Assembly: GCA_964187785.1 (NCBI GenBank)
Contig: OZ076409.1
Span: 96,908,001 to 96,972,000, forward strand
Reading direction: 5' to 3'
DNA length: 64,000 nt
Origin: Amphiscolops sp. MND2022
Lineage: Eukaryota
The notes under the pieces were generated by a model. That model was not told the DNA's origin and did not search any database. It saw only the letters and a program-made list of their open reading frames with translations. The position numbers were made by a program, and so were the translations under genes. Each line of letters begins with the position of its first letter. Within the stretch, counting starts at the first letter, position 1. Shown here one piece after another: positions 11,768 to 25,290 of this stretch.

Positions 11768-12667
11768 AAGGGTCCCCCTTTTGGGTTTTTTTGGAACTAT
11801 GCGACTTTTTTTTCCAAAAATTTTCGAATTCTATCAAAGGGTACCCATAGGGTCTCAATACCATTGAATTTTTGACGTTATATTCGTAGTAAGTTGCGTT
11901 TTACTAAGGAGGCCGATGTCCGGAAAAAACGCTTCCCTGTGTCCCGCTTATATCCGAAAAAGCACGCTATTTCCGAACTTTTGAGGCGTTTTCCGAGCAC
12001 GAAAAGCGCCCTTTGGGCGTTTCGACACTTTTATATGAGTTTTTCATAATTAAAATCCTGAGCGGTGCGCCGACTTTAGAGGTTCCCGTTTCTGCATAGT
12101 ATTATAAAAATATTACGGAAGTGTTTCACAACATGCAAGAATGTTTCAAACTTTCATTGTCATCACATGACTGAAACTTTCCAACCCAAAGTTTATATGC
12201 TTTCTTGGGACTTTCATCCATTTGCCATTTTTTACAAAAAAGTTCGCAAACCAACATTAGCCACCCAGGTCTTTGTGAAAGCCACATGTAAAAAGTTCAT
12301 GAAATCTTCACCAGTGTATATATTTTAAGGTAAATAATAGTTTGGCCTGTTGATTTTCTCTTAGCTTTGCTTTTATCGGGAAGTTACAAACCCTGGATTG
12401 TAATAAATGTGTGGCGGCCATCTTGACAAACATCAGATGGTAAAATTGGAACACGTTTCAGTACCTAAAATCCTTGAAGTGATAAAATTTTAATCTCGGA
12501 TACATGTAGCTATGCGTGTTTCCAGCTCATTTGACTGTAGCATTTCCAATTAAGCATGAAGGTCAACTAGATAAAATACCAGGAAATTCTTGTTTTAACA
12601 TTTTCCCGGAATTCTCAGCGGGTTCACAATATTTAGCTTGAACTTTTTTAACAATCAAGAGTGCGGA

Positions 12668-13750
12668 TTTTTAGTCGGCGCTTTTCTTTAGAAAAGTGAC
12701 TATAATCATGGCTTTTTGTTAGTTTTTTATACACCTGGTATGTTCAAAGTAGGTCTTCCAAACGTTTTTCAATTTTTCAAGGAAATTCTCACTGCCATTT
12801 GGCCCAATGGTCAACTCGGATTTCTCAAAGTCTAAGAAGCAGGGACACGTGTGTTCGAGTCTCGCACTGAACCAAAAAAATTTTATGTTTGCAAAAGTAG
12901 GGGTGAGACCTGAGGGTCTCTCTTTAGAATTTTTCCGGCACTATGCGAATTATTTCCGATTTTTTCCTCAAACCTAAACTCCCTCAATTTCAGCAGAAAC
13001 AACAGCGTTTTCAAGCATAACTGGCCACATTTAGTCCTTCAGCACTATGCGACTTATCGAAGTAAAACTAAGTTTTCTGTAAAGGAAACATGCTTCCCTT
13101 GTAAAGAGGGCGACTTTTATGTTTTTTTAAATCCTGGGAACTAAAAAAGTGAAACGCGATTATTATAGTGACTCCTTTTAAATTTTTTTTCAATCCACAC
13201 GAACTGACCAAAATAGATCTTAAACGTTCTACGAAATTTTGTGGTCCTAAATTGAATCATTTGGCCTAGCGAACTGAACTAGAAAAGTTTTTCTTCTTTT
13301 TTGCGTAACATAAAATACCAGGAGAGACTAAAGGGTCCCCTCTTTCAGTTTTTTTCGACATTGTGAGACTTTTTTCGAAAAAAATCCCCAAAGGGTCCCC
13401 CTTCATTTTTTCGATGTTTGCGACAGAATGGATGTTGAAAAATCCCAAAAAGTCCCCACTTTCAGTTTTTTTCGGCATTGTGAAACTTGTTTTTGAAAAA
13501 AAAGTCACCAAAGGTACCCGTTCAATTTTTTGATGTTTCGCAACAATGGATGTTAAAGAATGCGAAAAGGTCCCCCCTTTTGGCGCGCCATTCCGGTCCA
13601 ACTTTTTGGGTTTTCCAGGTACTGTAGAAGAGAATACTTTGACACTTTGAAGTCCTTTTGCTATTTTAGAGAATACTTTGACACTTTGAAGTCCTATTGC
13701 TATTTTTGAGCCTTAGATATGGCGCCGACTTGGGCAGGTCCCGGCTTGTT
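12668..13750 (+). mobile_element. Composite HINE-like element(s)
   Basis: tttttagtcggcgc at 12668; a second 5'-type motif (gtgaaacgcgattattatagtgactc) near 13149; 3' end ggcgccgacttgggcaggtcccggcttgtt; ~39-bp local duplication at 13629-13707. Confidence 0.65.
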
Positions 13751-13894
13751 CAATTTTTTTTCGAATCTGTGCGTCTTTCAGAAACTTTTATTTGGTCGAA
13801 GGGTACCTCCTCGCTTTCAAGGCTGATTTAAGCTTGAGAAAAAGTAGTTTTTCGAGCTGAAACGTTTTTCGGCACTTTGAGACAAATGTTGTTC

Positions 13895-14000
13895 ATGCAT
13901 TCGTACGCCAAATGAGATGAAGCAAATGAGAGTTATTACTTCGTTCGCCGAGAGCTTCGCCTGCATTCAAATGCGAATGCGAAGCTTCGTATACGCTTAA
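13895..14000. repeat. Short dispersed repeat, inverted copy at ~28772-28895
   Basis: gagagcttcgc.tgcattcaaatgcgaatgcgaa.cttcgt.tacgctta is the reverse complement of 28772-28822. Confidence 0.7.
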
Positions 14001-15530
14001 TAGCTATATTTCCTTTAGTCCGAGAAGAATTAAAGGCGGTGTAAACTGGTACAGTGATTAATTGTGCGCTATATATTGATTAAACAGGAATGTATAGTTT
14101 TCCCAGATATGCTTCTTTCAATGAGCATGAAAGCCTAAAGCAGAAATCATACTGTGCGCCGGTGGAGCCTATTTTGCTTTAAAAAAGCGACCACGGTGCA
14201 TTTTAATAAGGTCAAAGTAAGCCGCAGATTGTTTTAAAAAGAATCAATATTTGTTGAATACGAGTCTTGTTCACAAAATGGAACAAGCGTACGCTTCGTT
14301 CCTCCGCGAATATCCCCAAACACTTGACAACAATGTTATCGTTTCCTTTTTTTCTCAAAATAGCTACAGTAGGTTCAAGCCTTTTTTTGACAAGCCTAAA
14401 TAGTGGTTTTCAATTCAATGGTTCAATTTTTTTTGATGACGTCAAGCTTAAAAGAGGTCGTATAATGTGCCAAATTGCAGTGTTTCCTCATCAAAAAACA
14501 CTCAAATATATTTAGACAGGTGACAGTTCGTTGGTTTTAAAAGGATAGTGAAAGAAAAGTATATTGTTTTAATTATAGAAGCAGTAGAGTTTGTGCACTC
14601 AAATGATAAAAATAAGTTTCTTCTAAGCAACACTTTTATTTTCATTTGGGAAAAATATCTAAAACTCAGCCTCGTTTTCAATTTTTTCTCCAAAATTTGT
14701 CATGTTAGTTTCATACCCAAATTGAAGGCGTTTTCTCCAATAAATTACAAAAGCAGTCGTGTTTTCGCATTCACATGATAATTATAAAAGCGTTGTTTTT
14801 CGTTTCTTCGGCAATCGATAAATTTTGGCACCGAAAAATTCATCGATAGTTTTTCTCGAATATGCTGTAAAAGCCATGAATGAGACGATGACGAAACTGC
14901 TGCATTATTCAGATGAAAGTGATGAATTTTGCCCGTTGCATGTAAGATTTTGTTCCGAAACAACTTCATCAAAGGAGGAAATGAAATTTCTGCAACTTCA
15001 AAAATACTTAGTAAATGGTAGTCACTCAGGAAATTATAAAATTGAGGCTTTAAGAAACGTTAAGGGCAAAATGCAAACATTGTTCGCACACTGTAAATAG
15101 TTTTTTTCCGACAGTCAAAAAGGAATTCGACAAGCCCATATTACTCACGTTATGTGGAATTTTTGAATAGCATAAATTATATGCCGGTTCTACGGATTTA
15201 TGTGTCGTCATCAAATTTGAGTGAATCTGAACGTTGGTGAAAATTAGTTTGTGCATACTTCATTTTGTAAAAATTCATTTAACTGAACTTTGACGTTGCA
15301 ACGATGCATTGAACCGGAAAAGGAGAATTTGAGAAAAATCATATATCACCATATATCAGCAAAATTAGATGAAAAACCGCAAAATCGAGATTTTCGAATT
15401 CGTAATTTGTCAGTTTTGTAATTTGATTTGTAATTTGTCAGTAACGCACAAAAAATATTTAAGCTTGTTGTTTCAGCCCCAAAATTTGAACACGAAACTA
15501 ATTTTCCAGAAAGAAAATTTGTTCACATAA

Positions 15531-15997
15531 TTTTTTAGTCGGCGTTTTTCTAGAGAAAAGAGTCGACTATAGTCATGGCTTTTCGTCAGTGTTTTTTAAG
15601 ACCACCTGAACTGACCAAAATATTTCTACCAAAAGTTCTACAAAATTTCAAATTTCACCTGTTGGCCCAGGGAACAGAACCAAAAAGTTTCCCGCATAAC
15701 ATACAATGCCGGACGAGACCAAAGGGTCCCCCTTTCACTTTTTTTCGGCATTGCGAGACTTTTTTTTGGAAAAAATTTTTCCCCAAAGGGTCCCCCCTTC
15801 ATTTTTTTTGGGTTTTGCGACAGACTGGGTATAGAAAAATCCCAAAGGGTCCCCCCTTTCAATTTTTTCCGGCGTTGTGAGACTTTTTTCAAAAAAAATT
15901 TTTAGTGCTGTAGGAGAGAATACTTTGAAACTTTGATGTCCTTTTGCTATTTTTGAGCCTTGGATATAGCGCCGACTTGGGCCGGTCCCGGCTTGTT
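15531..15997 (+). mobile_element. HINE-like element
   Basis: ttttttagtcggcg ... gcgccgacttgggccggtcccggcttgtt. Confidence 0.8.
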
Positions 15998-16598
15998 AAA
16001 ACGTCTAATGGATACAAAATGTTTTTTTTTCAAACTCCATTTTTGAATGGAAAGAAAATAATGAGTTGCGTAGGATCTCGAGGAGAAATATTGATCGTGT
16101 AAATTTCAACTTATCCACAAAATGACAGTTGATATCGAAATTGAGAGGAAACAGTGAAAAATAATTAAATGAACCGGAATACATTATAAACCGGAAAACT
16201 TTGACTAAAGCTCTCCAATTTTTCAACATTGTCAATATTTTCAAGGCCATAGTCTCAGTTTTTGAACTAAATTGTGAACTAAATCAGGGATTTTCTACTT
16301 TTTCCGCCGTCATTGTGATGATGAACTGTTTTTTGTTTTCTTCAGTTGGAAATGACTCAAAGTAATTTCGACCGAAACGGTTTCAATTTATTGCATTTCA
16401 AAAAAAATCATTTTCGACCCAAGTTAATTTTGACCGAATAATCTTTCTTCACCTGAATTGTTATCTTATTACAATGCCTAGTAATGTAGTAATGAAGCTA
16501 ACAAGTCAAACTATGGATGTTTCTTCATGAGAAACGAAACGTGGTCAAAATGCCAGATCCTCAAAGTGTTTAATAAGTGCTGCGTTTCGCATATTTCG

Positions 16599-17328
16599 TT
16601 TTTTTTTAGTCGGCGGGTTTTCTTTTAAGGAAAAAAGCCTGACTAATACAGTGGCAAGTTTTTTTTTCGTCAGACAACAGAATCTATGCGTAGTGGAGAC
16701 TTTTTACAGAACTACTAAACTACTGGACCGGCAAGTGGAAACGCATCTAAGTTAGTGCAAAGGATCCCCCTTACATTTACTCCATTTTTAACGTAAGATA
16801 CAAAACCAGACGAGACTATAGGGTTCCCTCTTTGAATTTTTTCGGCACTGTACGACTTTTTTCGAATTTTTGGGTCCCCCTTTAGGTTTTTTTGATATTT
16901 TGCGCAGCAAATTGAAGTTCCAAAAAGCCCAAAGGGTCTCCCCTTCTAAGTTTTTCGTTTCGGCACTATGAGACTGTTACAGCTGTCTCTTTCTCAGATA
17001 AGACAATATGAATTTGGAGTAACTCCTATTTTGAATTTAGACCTTGTGGCAATGATGCTTTTGATTTCTTTTTTGAGTAAGGTTGTGTTAGTAAACAACC
17101 TGTTAGTTCGAGAGTTTCTTTAAAGGGGTGAAGTAATAATGGCGGCACTTGCTCTGCGGCAGAGACTTTCATTTTTTTTCGTTTTTTTTCCAAAATTTTT
17201 TAATGTCTCCAAATGGTCCCACTTCAATTTTTTGATATTTTGGAACAAACTGGTCCCCCCCTTTTTTTTACAAAATTAAAAACTTTGCCCTTAGATATAG
17301 CGCCGACTGTAGACGTTCTCGTCTTGTT
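16599..17328 (+). mobile_element. HINE-like element carrying a solo LTR
   Basis: T-run agtcggcg at 16599-16615; gcgccgactgtagacgttctcgtcttgtt end. Confidence 0.75.
16975..17161. mobile_element. Solo LTR (187 bp)
   Basis: TG...CA termini with 5-bp TSD GAGAC (16970-16974, 17162-17166); removing it restores the HINE consensus ggcactatgagact. Confidence 0.8.
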
Positions 17329-17865
17329 ACTTGTAAAAAAGACCAAGTTAAGTATAATTTAACTCGGTTGAACTATGAACAGCACGTCGGCTTTAATTCT
17401 TCGAGTTGAACTTGAAGTAGATCGAAAATACCAGGCTAATCATACATGAATGAATTGCTTCAAAGACTTCTTTAAAAGACCTTTGAAGATTATCCGCCAT
17501 TATCCGCCTGAGATTGCAAGCAGGAGCGCGTTTGAAGTTGAATAGGTTAACTCTCACAGGTTGAAATGTCCTGTAACACCAAAGAATGGGCTCATTTCTT
17601 ACTTCAAGACCGCAATTCGATGCTTCTGAAAAATGAACAGAAATAGAAGAAAAAGTGATGATTTTTATGAATGAAAATCTCCAATAATTATAACTCTACT
17701 TCGCTTTATCAAGCCTCCCCACACTAATCTACCAATCTACACTAATCTAGAACAGGTTCCAAAGCTTCTGCAAGGAATACTAAAGGTCTCCGAGGTCTTT
17801 ATAAGCAAACACGGTAGTCTAAGAAAATATTTTATGAAAGACTAAAGATTAGCAGTACTATTTCC

Positions 17866-18244
17866 CGTGTACAGACAAAAGCGCCCCAATAAAAAGCGCC
17901 TCGCTAATTTTTGTGCTTTTTCTCTAAATAAATCTTATTGAAGGAGTTCAAACAAAATAAGAGTTCATCGCTAATGCAATGTTTAACATTTTCACGCCTA
18001 ACAAATTTCAATTGAAATCGAATTAAATTGTTAATTTTCGCATTTCTGTCAACAAAACAATAATTTCTTAAAAACTATTAGTCAGTAAATTATTTTAAAA
18101 TGGAAAACTCATAATTATAAATATATTTAATTGGAGTGAAGATTTTAAAGTTGGTGGCGGATAAGAGCCAGTAAATACCATCATTGGGACGGGGCGCTTT
18201 TGTCTGGGGCGCTTTTGTCTGGGGTGCTTTTGTCTGGTAACCCC
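17866..18244. mobile_element. MITE with sub-repeated TIRs
   Basis: cagacaaaagcgcccc at left versus three tandem ggggcgcttttgtct(g) units at right (inverted). No clear TSD. Confidence 0.55.
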
Positions 18245-18855
18245 ATTATCCAACTATAGATATCCCTCAGTTTATTAGTCATGACAGGTGTGAATGAAGT
18301 ATGATACGATTTTTTTCTTGTGGTTATCCGGGTTTCTCTAACAGGTTTATATATTAATAAAATCTCAAAAGGGACTTTTTTTCAGTAGGTAGATTCGACA
18401 GGTACTTTGAACGTGAATAAAGCAATCCCCGTTTTCCAGGTCAAAGCAGTTTTCGGTCACGATTATTTGATCGTTCCGAGGTTCCTTTTCTAATTTTGGA
18501 TCTCTTTCACTATTTTTCCCCTTTTTTTGACTCGTTACAATATGTCCTCCTGTATTCGTTTTCATTTGCAAATCCCCACTCAGCCAATCAGGGGCGCTGA
18601 TACTTCAAACATGTATTTACAAGTGTTTGACTTTGCCCTCCCCTTTGCGATGTATTTAAGAGCGTTTGACATTGTCCTCCCTTTTTGCTATAGGGGGGAC
18701 ATAGTGAAAAAGATACCTAATTATTGCCAATTTGAAATGAGTTTCACCATTTTTGATAACCAGTTCAATCATTGACAGCTGTCATTCCGAAGCACAGTTT
18801 GATGTTTTGTTCATCCATATTTGGTTTTTCAATTGGAGCGAAAAACAATACGCAT

Positions 18856-19566
18856 ACTAGGTGAACAAAACATGAACACTTCAAAATGTAAATGTTTGTG
18901 AACAAAACATTAAAAACCTTTCAATTTTCCTGTCAATCATTCAAAATGGAGCTCTGATTACGTAACACATTTTCAACTGTGGACGGTTTGAGAATCCTGA
19001 AGAAGTCTAGACTATTTTACCAGTCATTTCGTTCACACTTCTGATGTGTGAAAGATTCTTGGCTTCGGAGAAAAGATGTCAGATTGAATGATTGACAAGC
19101 TGAATTGTACTAAGCGAAGTTATTTTGAAACGTTTGTTGACCAATGTTTGAATTTTTCAGAGCTTGAATTTTTAATGCGCTCCGTTTTGTTTTGGTTCAC
19201 CTATTAATAGGTGAACAAAAAAACGGAACACACAAAAATTTGCGTCTTCAAAATCGCATTATTTGTAAACAAGAGTATGAGAATCTTTCAATTTTTCTGT
19301 CAATCATTTAGAATGAAGCTTCTGTTGCGTAATCGCATCTTAAACTAAGGATGGTTCGAACCATCATAAAAATTCTAGACGTCTTGATCGGTCGTTTCGC
19401 TCTCACTTTTGATGCCTGAAAGTTCTTTTGCTTCGAAGTAAGGTTGCCAACTTGATCAATTTACAGCATCGTTCAAACTTGATTTGAAACTTTTGTTGAC
19501 AAATAATTGAAACTTTGAGAGATCGAAAAATTGTGTACGTTCCGTTTTGTTTTGGTTTACCTATTA
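18856..19566. mobile_element. Two tandem ~350-bp palindromic MITE-like units
   Basis: Each unit starts taggtgaacaaaa and ends ttttggtt(c/t)acctatta; the junction at ~19195-19217 is the palindrome gttcacctattaataggtgaac; internal sequences are similar. Confidence 0.6.
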
Positions 19567-19619
19567 CCATTTGTTACCGTCGATTTATAGATCGTTTCAA
19601 AAAGTTCGCGAGACTAAAA

Positions 19620-20057
19620 CTAATTGACCGTCGCTGAAAATACCCTTTGCGAAGTCAAAAAATGAATGTCGACGGCATCATTTAACTCTCCTATCTTTTG
19701 AGCATTCGTAAGAACGTCTTGTACAGCAACACGATTTCGAATGTCGCTATTTTTCAAAAAGCGGTGTGACGTGGCATTGGAGACAAGTCGTCTGGCTGTA
19801 AGCAGAAGGTCAGAAAGACGGAGTTTTGAGTTTCGACTACCGCGGCCCAGAAGCTGACGCTTGATTCTTCTTGTGAATACAGATTTTCGACCCAATTTGA
19901 CTTTTTTCTGCCCAATACGTCGCTTCAGGATTCCTCTAAGTGTTGACTCGGAAATCGAAAAAATCCGAGCAATTGCTGAGTTTGCATAATCCGGGTTTGC
20001 ATCTTTGAAACTGTATATCGGCTTTGCAAGGTCTTCAGATAAACGTTTGCCTCGCAT
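19620..20057 (-). pseudogene. Truncated Tc1/Tc3-like transposase (N-terminal DNA-binding region)
   Basis: MRGKRLS...SAIARIFSISESTLRGILKR (HTH), GRKSVFT linker, second HTH VSNATSHRFL; a shifted frame near 19635 gives F-S-D, the first catalytic motif; DDE remainder absent. Confidence 0.75.
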
Positions 20058-20949
20058 GGTTGCAGAAATTGATATGATAGCATCGCTAATTAAAAGACAG
20101 GTACCTAGTCTCGAGAACGTTTTGAGACGATCTATACTATTAAGTGATTCTGCGAAAGAAGGTTGTCACCACCCAAAATGAAGCACCGCTCATCGTACTG
20201 AGACATACTGCAGCAGAAATCTCCGACCTGACTGAAGCGGCAGTTTTTCCGAGTTGAAAAAGTAATAACCCATGATTTTGATGTAAGGTAGCATCGATAT
20301 TCCGAAAAAGTTTGCTAAAATCACGTTATTATCGAAGAACATAGCTAAACAGTTATTCATAGGTTTTTGAATTTGAAAACATCAAAATCATAGAACTGTT
20401 TTTTTAGGTTCAGAAAAAAACAGCCGAACGGCTTTTGGAGACAACATTTATTGTAGTGTTGCATTTTTCATATGCCGTGTCCTATCAGCACTTAAGCCTT
20501 TGCTAAATTCAAGCCATATTTTATAAGTTGGTCCACAAAAAATGGGAAAAAAGTGAATACAAAACAAGGAAAAACATGCATTTCAGGTACGCGCATTTCA
20601 ATTTGAAATTCGTTTCAATATCTCTGTGTCCAAACGGTTTTTAGTATCCACATTATGTAGCTGAGAAAAATGTGTGAAGTATTTTTACTGACTCTTTTGG
20701 AACTTTGCAAAATGATGAGAAACTTTCTCTGCCTTAAATTCGACTTAATTCTTCTAAAAATTTCAAAAACCTAGCATGACGTGATACAAAGATCAAAATC
20801 GAATATCTCAGAAACGGCAGTGATTTTTGAAAAATGATAAAAGTAAACGTTTCTTTGTTTTTATCTAGTTTGCAGCTATGTTTAAAAATTGTGCGATTAA
20901 AATTGTAAATGTTACGATAAGCCATTTTTAGCCAAACTTATGTCAAAAT

Positions 20950-21309
20950 CAGAGTTTGACACCGCTAATCAGCGATTTAGCGAATTAGCGGCCGTGCAGG
21001 AATTTTTCAGCGATTTCATTAGCGATTCAAATTAGCGGTAACTAACAGACCGTCCAAATTCAAAATTTCTTCTGTGTATAGACGGTGTTTCAAAATGAAG
21101 TTCGGAAAATCTCCAACTCTTACCCTTGTAAAACTCGCACAGAACAAAAAATTCTAGTCTTTTTTCTTCCAAAAACCGAATAAGTTATTTTGAAACATAC
21201 TTGACGCTAAACATTTAATAGTTTGCAGAAAAAACTTTTCAGCGAATTAGCGATTTTCAAATTAGCGGTTTAGCGATTAGCGGAAAAAATTAGCGATGTC
21301 AAAACCCTG
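20950..21309. mobile_element. hAT-type MITE
   Basis: CAG...CTG termini (cagagtttgaca / tgtcaaaaccctg), 8-bp TSD GTCAAAAT (20942-20949, 21310-21317), subterminal ttagcg arrays at both ends. Confidence 0.85.
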
Positions 21310-21896
21310 GTCAAAATTGAGGCTTTTCTCACATTTAGTCTATTCTGATCAAATTTCAGAAAAAAAATCATGTTCAATCGACCCTGAATTTACCGAAGCC
21401 CCTGCTATGATTTGATTAAAAATTAGCGACATCTATTTTATTGATGGGCCATTGATGACTATCTATTAGTCTCGTGGGACTGATATAACCATTTATACCC
21501 CCACAAGATTACCATGACTAACGATTAACAGAGCCGGATTCCGGGAAAATTAGAAGTAATTATCCAGATATAGGTTTTTTTGGGAAGAGACAAACACAAG
21601 GGATTCGTAGCCAAGAATATTCTAATTCACGCCAAATCAAAGAGTAAAAAGTAGCTCTAAATTGATTTACAAGGGTACAAACAGTACTAATAAGGGTGAA
21701 ATTTGTACAAAAATTTCACCGGCAAAAAGTGCAAAAAAGTGCCGACGATTACCCCTCGATGGGCAGGAACCTAGATGCTCAATACGTGTGCAAGTGATTC
21801 CAAAGCAAGTTATAAGTAATTAATTTTCCAAAAAAAATTGGGATCTCAAGTGTTACATCTCAGCTACGACGTCAAGATATCCCTAGTCGAGACTTC

Positions 21897-23185
21897 TGCA
21901 TTACGATACACATCCCGGTGAATTGGATTTCAGTCACGCAGCGTAATCTGTTTATTCCGTAAAATAGTCATTCAGCGTAAGTCAATCAAGACGGTCTATG
22001 CCTGGACGGTGTAGCTGTGTCAACGCGCGTAATGAAAAATAGTGTAAACTAGTCGAGGCGCGTAGTTAGTGAAAAGTGGAAGTTAGTCCAAAAATACACT
22101 TTTTCGTAATTCAGTCAAAACTTTGACTAACTTCCACTTATTGCAAGTATGGCGATCTGCTATTTGCAAAAAGTGGAATGTGGTCAAAGTTTGACTAACT
22201 TACACCATGTTTATATGCATTCAAAACGCAGTGTTCATTTTAATTCATTTTGAAACCACCACATCGTAAAACAGTCAAAGTAAAACATGATTCACTATAA
22301 TTAGTTATCATTACTAAGCGGTACCATGCATAGTCCGTATAAACTGCATTCAATGCAAGTTGCGCACGTGTACATGTGTACTTCCTCCACGCATTTTACG
22401 TGCAAATAAAATACCTCGTTGCTACTAATTAGTACTATTAAAACAATTGATTGATTTGTCACCAGGCTTCCAATTTGTAGCCTTCATCAAAAGTTGCTCA
22501 TTTAATTTTAATTTTGGTCCCTGCCGTGAGCAAAGCACGGTCACCGGAACGATTGGTTAACGAATTGATCAACTTAGTTATTCTGGTTTGGGCATTTTGA
22601 GCCAGGGTATTTACAAGGATTAAATTTGATCCCTGTCATGAGCAACATCTAGAAATGTTGTAACAAATATTCTATACGAAGTTGAAACTTCATCAAACCG
22701 AAAACAATAGTTTGTGAAATACCAATCATGAATTATGGAACTAAAAACGAAGCTTGGATCATGTGCCCTATCCCCCTTCACATAAACTGTCTTTTACCAG
22801 TACTACTAATTATAGTCCTACTAATGTAATAAGATTGACTGATTGATACTGTGTATGCGAATCAAGCCGTGTAGTTATGAGTCGTCCTGTGTAACTCACA
22901 AGAACAACCCGTAATTACCAGAACTATGTGTAATTTTGAGATGCACAGTGTAGGTAGTCAAATTGCGTAAAAACGATGATTGATGTAAACTAGTCAATTA
23001 CTGTAATTTCCGATGGTGTACACTGGTCAATTTACGACGCTGTGTCAACTAGTGTAATGACTTATCAATGCGTGTAATGTGTGACAAGTGTAAAACTTCC
23101 AAAAAAAATATTCGCGCTCTGATTGGACAAAAGTCGAACTAGCAGGATCCTGCTAGTTCGTTACCGGGATAGGTCTCGTAATGTG
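21897..23185. mobile_element. ~1.3 kb non-autonomous TIR element
   Basis: Imperfect TIR cattacga.ac..atcccggt / accgggat..gt.tcgtaatg; internal inverted repeats (agtggaagttagtc / gactaacttccact). TSD not resolved. Confidence 0.5.
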
Positions 23186-23796
23186 AATTTTATTGCATGC
23201 AGCTGGCCTGTATACAGGAAAGTTTTTTAATGAAACCTAGAAAAATCAATGAGCTTCTGGCAGTGAATCTTGTAAGATTACACTGAGTTCCCACCATTGG
23301 AATTGAAATCGAAACTTTTCTGAACTTGTTATCGACACGATTTCTTTTCACACAGTGGCACTTTGATATCTCAACTAGTCATCTGATGTAATCCCTGTTT
23401 CTGTAATAGCACGCTGACGATGACTTAAGATTGCAGTTTCTAACGTGATTGCAGTTTCTAACTGTTGTTATTTTGCATTAAAATGGCGATGACTTTGAAG
23501 AATGTTTGGCTGCAAAACAGAACTGGCGCATAATGAGACATGCAAAACTCGGGGCTTAAAATAGCCAGCAAAAATTTGACGAACCTTCCAATCAGCGTAC
23601 TTTCCAAATCCCGTGCTTTTTAGGAAAAAATATAAATTTTTTTATAAACATAAATTATAAATGTTAGTGGCAGCCTTCAAAAACATGTTGAAAGCCCGGG
23701 CAGTTTGACCTAGGGTTTGTATAAGTGTGGTATCCCATCAGGAGGTGATTCCTTAAGTGTTCGACCATTTTTTGATATTTTTGTAAGGAATGCACG

Positions 23797-24270
23797 TTTT
23801 TATTTGAAGCTTCAAGAAGTTAAACACGACTATAATAGTGACTCTTTTCAATCCACGCGAACTGACCAAAATAGTTCTACAAAGTTCTGCGACATTTTAA
23901 GGGGCCACATTGTACCATTGGAGACAGGGAATTGAACTAAAATACTTATTCCTTTTTTAGCGTAACATACAAAACCGGGCAAGACTAGAAGGTCCCCCTT
24001 CGATTTTTTTGGAACTGGACTTTTTTCGAAAAATTTTGAATGTCTCTAAAGGGTCTTCTTTCAATTTTTTTTGATATTTTGTAACAGAATGGATGTTGTC
24101 GCCCTAACTATTGTTTCTGTTGAGAAAAATGTAAAATTTTTTTCGAACAAAAATTCGTATTTTTTCGAAATTTGTTTTGTCTCCAAAGGGTCCCCTTCAA
24201 GTTTTTGACATTTTGCCACAACCTGGATTTTCAAAACGCCCAAAGGGTCCCTCTTACAATTTTGAAAGCT
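23797..24270 (+). mobile_element. Degenerate HINE-like copy
   Basis: Internal motifs cgaactgaccaaaatagttctacaaa and aagggtcccc present; ends eroded. Confidence 0.6.
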
Positions 24271-24905
24271 TCAACTTTATCTTGACATTGTAAAACTTCC
24301 AATAATAAGTTCGAAAGCTTCTTCAGAAATGGCGACAGCTAGAAATTACGGTGCTTTGAAGGTTTCATTCCGCGTCAGATCTATTTTCCTATGCAGGTGA
24401 CATTACATCATAGGTGATTACTTCATATTGGTAAATGAGATGCCATGATACGAAAACACAAAACCTTATTGGCTCATAAAAAGTTCTCATTTTACCGCTA
24501 CAAATTTTTTCACCAGTGGACCGCTGAATTTTTATTTTGAAAAAAAATTACCCTGCATTCAGAACTGCGCCAAATGAAAGTTGCAGCATTCTTGACAAAA
24601 AAAACCAAAAAGTATCAAATTTATCAATTTGTTTCAACATTTCTCTCTTTGTTCATTCGCCACATTCGAGCCTTGCGAATATGCATTTTTCAAAGTAGTT
24701 CAGATTTTGTGCTTTCAAGTAGTTCAGGTTTTGCTTTTCAACTATGTCCCTTTTTCTAGAACTAAACCGAAAACAGTGTTACAATCACCAGCTGTTGGCG
24801 TTTTGTGATAATTCAATGTTAATTGACTTCGAAAAGTTCTGAAAACTGGGTAAGAATGTTCAAGGAAAAATAATTCTATTTCTAATCCATTCATTTTTCA
24901 AGACA

Positions 24906-25290
24906 AACAAGCCCGGAACGTATCAAACTCACGAAAAACCCAAACGACCGAACTGGCGCGCTAAAAGGGGGACCCTTTCGCATTTTTCATTATCCATTGT
25001 TGCAAAACATCAAAAAATTGAAAAGGGGACCCTTTGAGGAATTTGTTTCGAAAAAAGTCTCACAATGCCGAAAAAACTGAAAGGGGGACCCTTTAGTCTC
25101 TCCCGGTACGGTATGTTACGCGAAAAACAGTAAAAATTCTTTTGGTTCAGTTCGCTAGGTCAAATGATTCAATTTGAGACCATAAAATTTTGTAGAACTT
25201 TGTAGAACTCTTTTGGTCAGTTCGTGTGGATTGAAAAAAAGAGTCACTTTTATACTCGCGTTTCACTTCATGAAGCGCTGACAAAAAAAA
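24906..25290 (-). mobile_element. HINE-like copy with internal deletion
   Basis: aacaagcccggaacg ... tttcacttcatgaagcgctgacaaaaaaaa. Confidence 0.65.

Larger units (their letters stand above)
10373..12091 (+). mobile_element. HINE-like element expanded by an internal 141-bp tandem array and a nested HINE
   Basis: tttttagtcggcgcc at 10373; gcgccgactttagaggttcccgttt at 12067-12091. Confidence 0.7.

Noticed and set aside
14825..15100. 91-aa plus-strand ORF with protein-like composition
   Set aside because: No recognisable motif or convincing splice pair; cannot be supported without a search.
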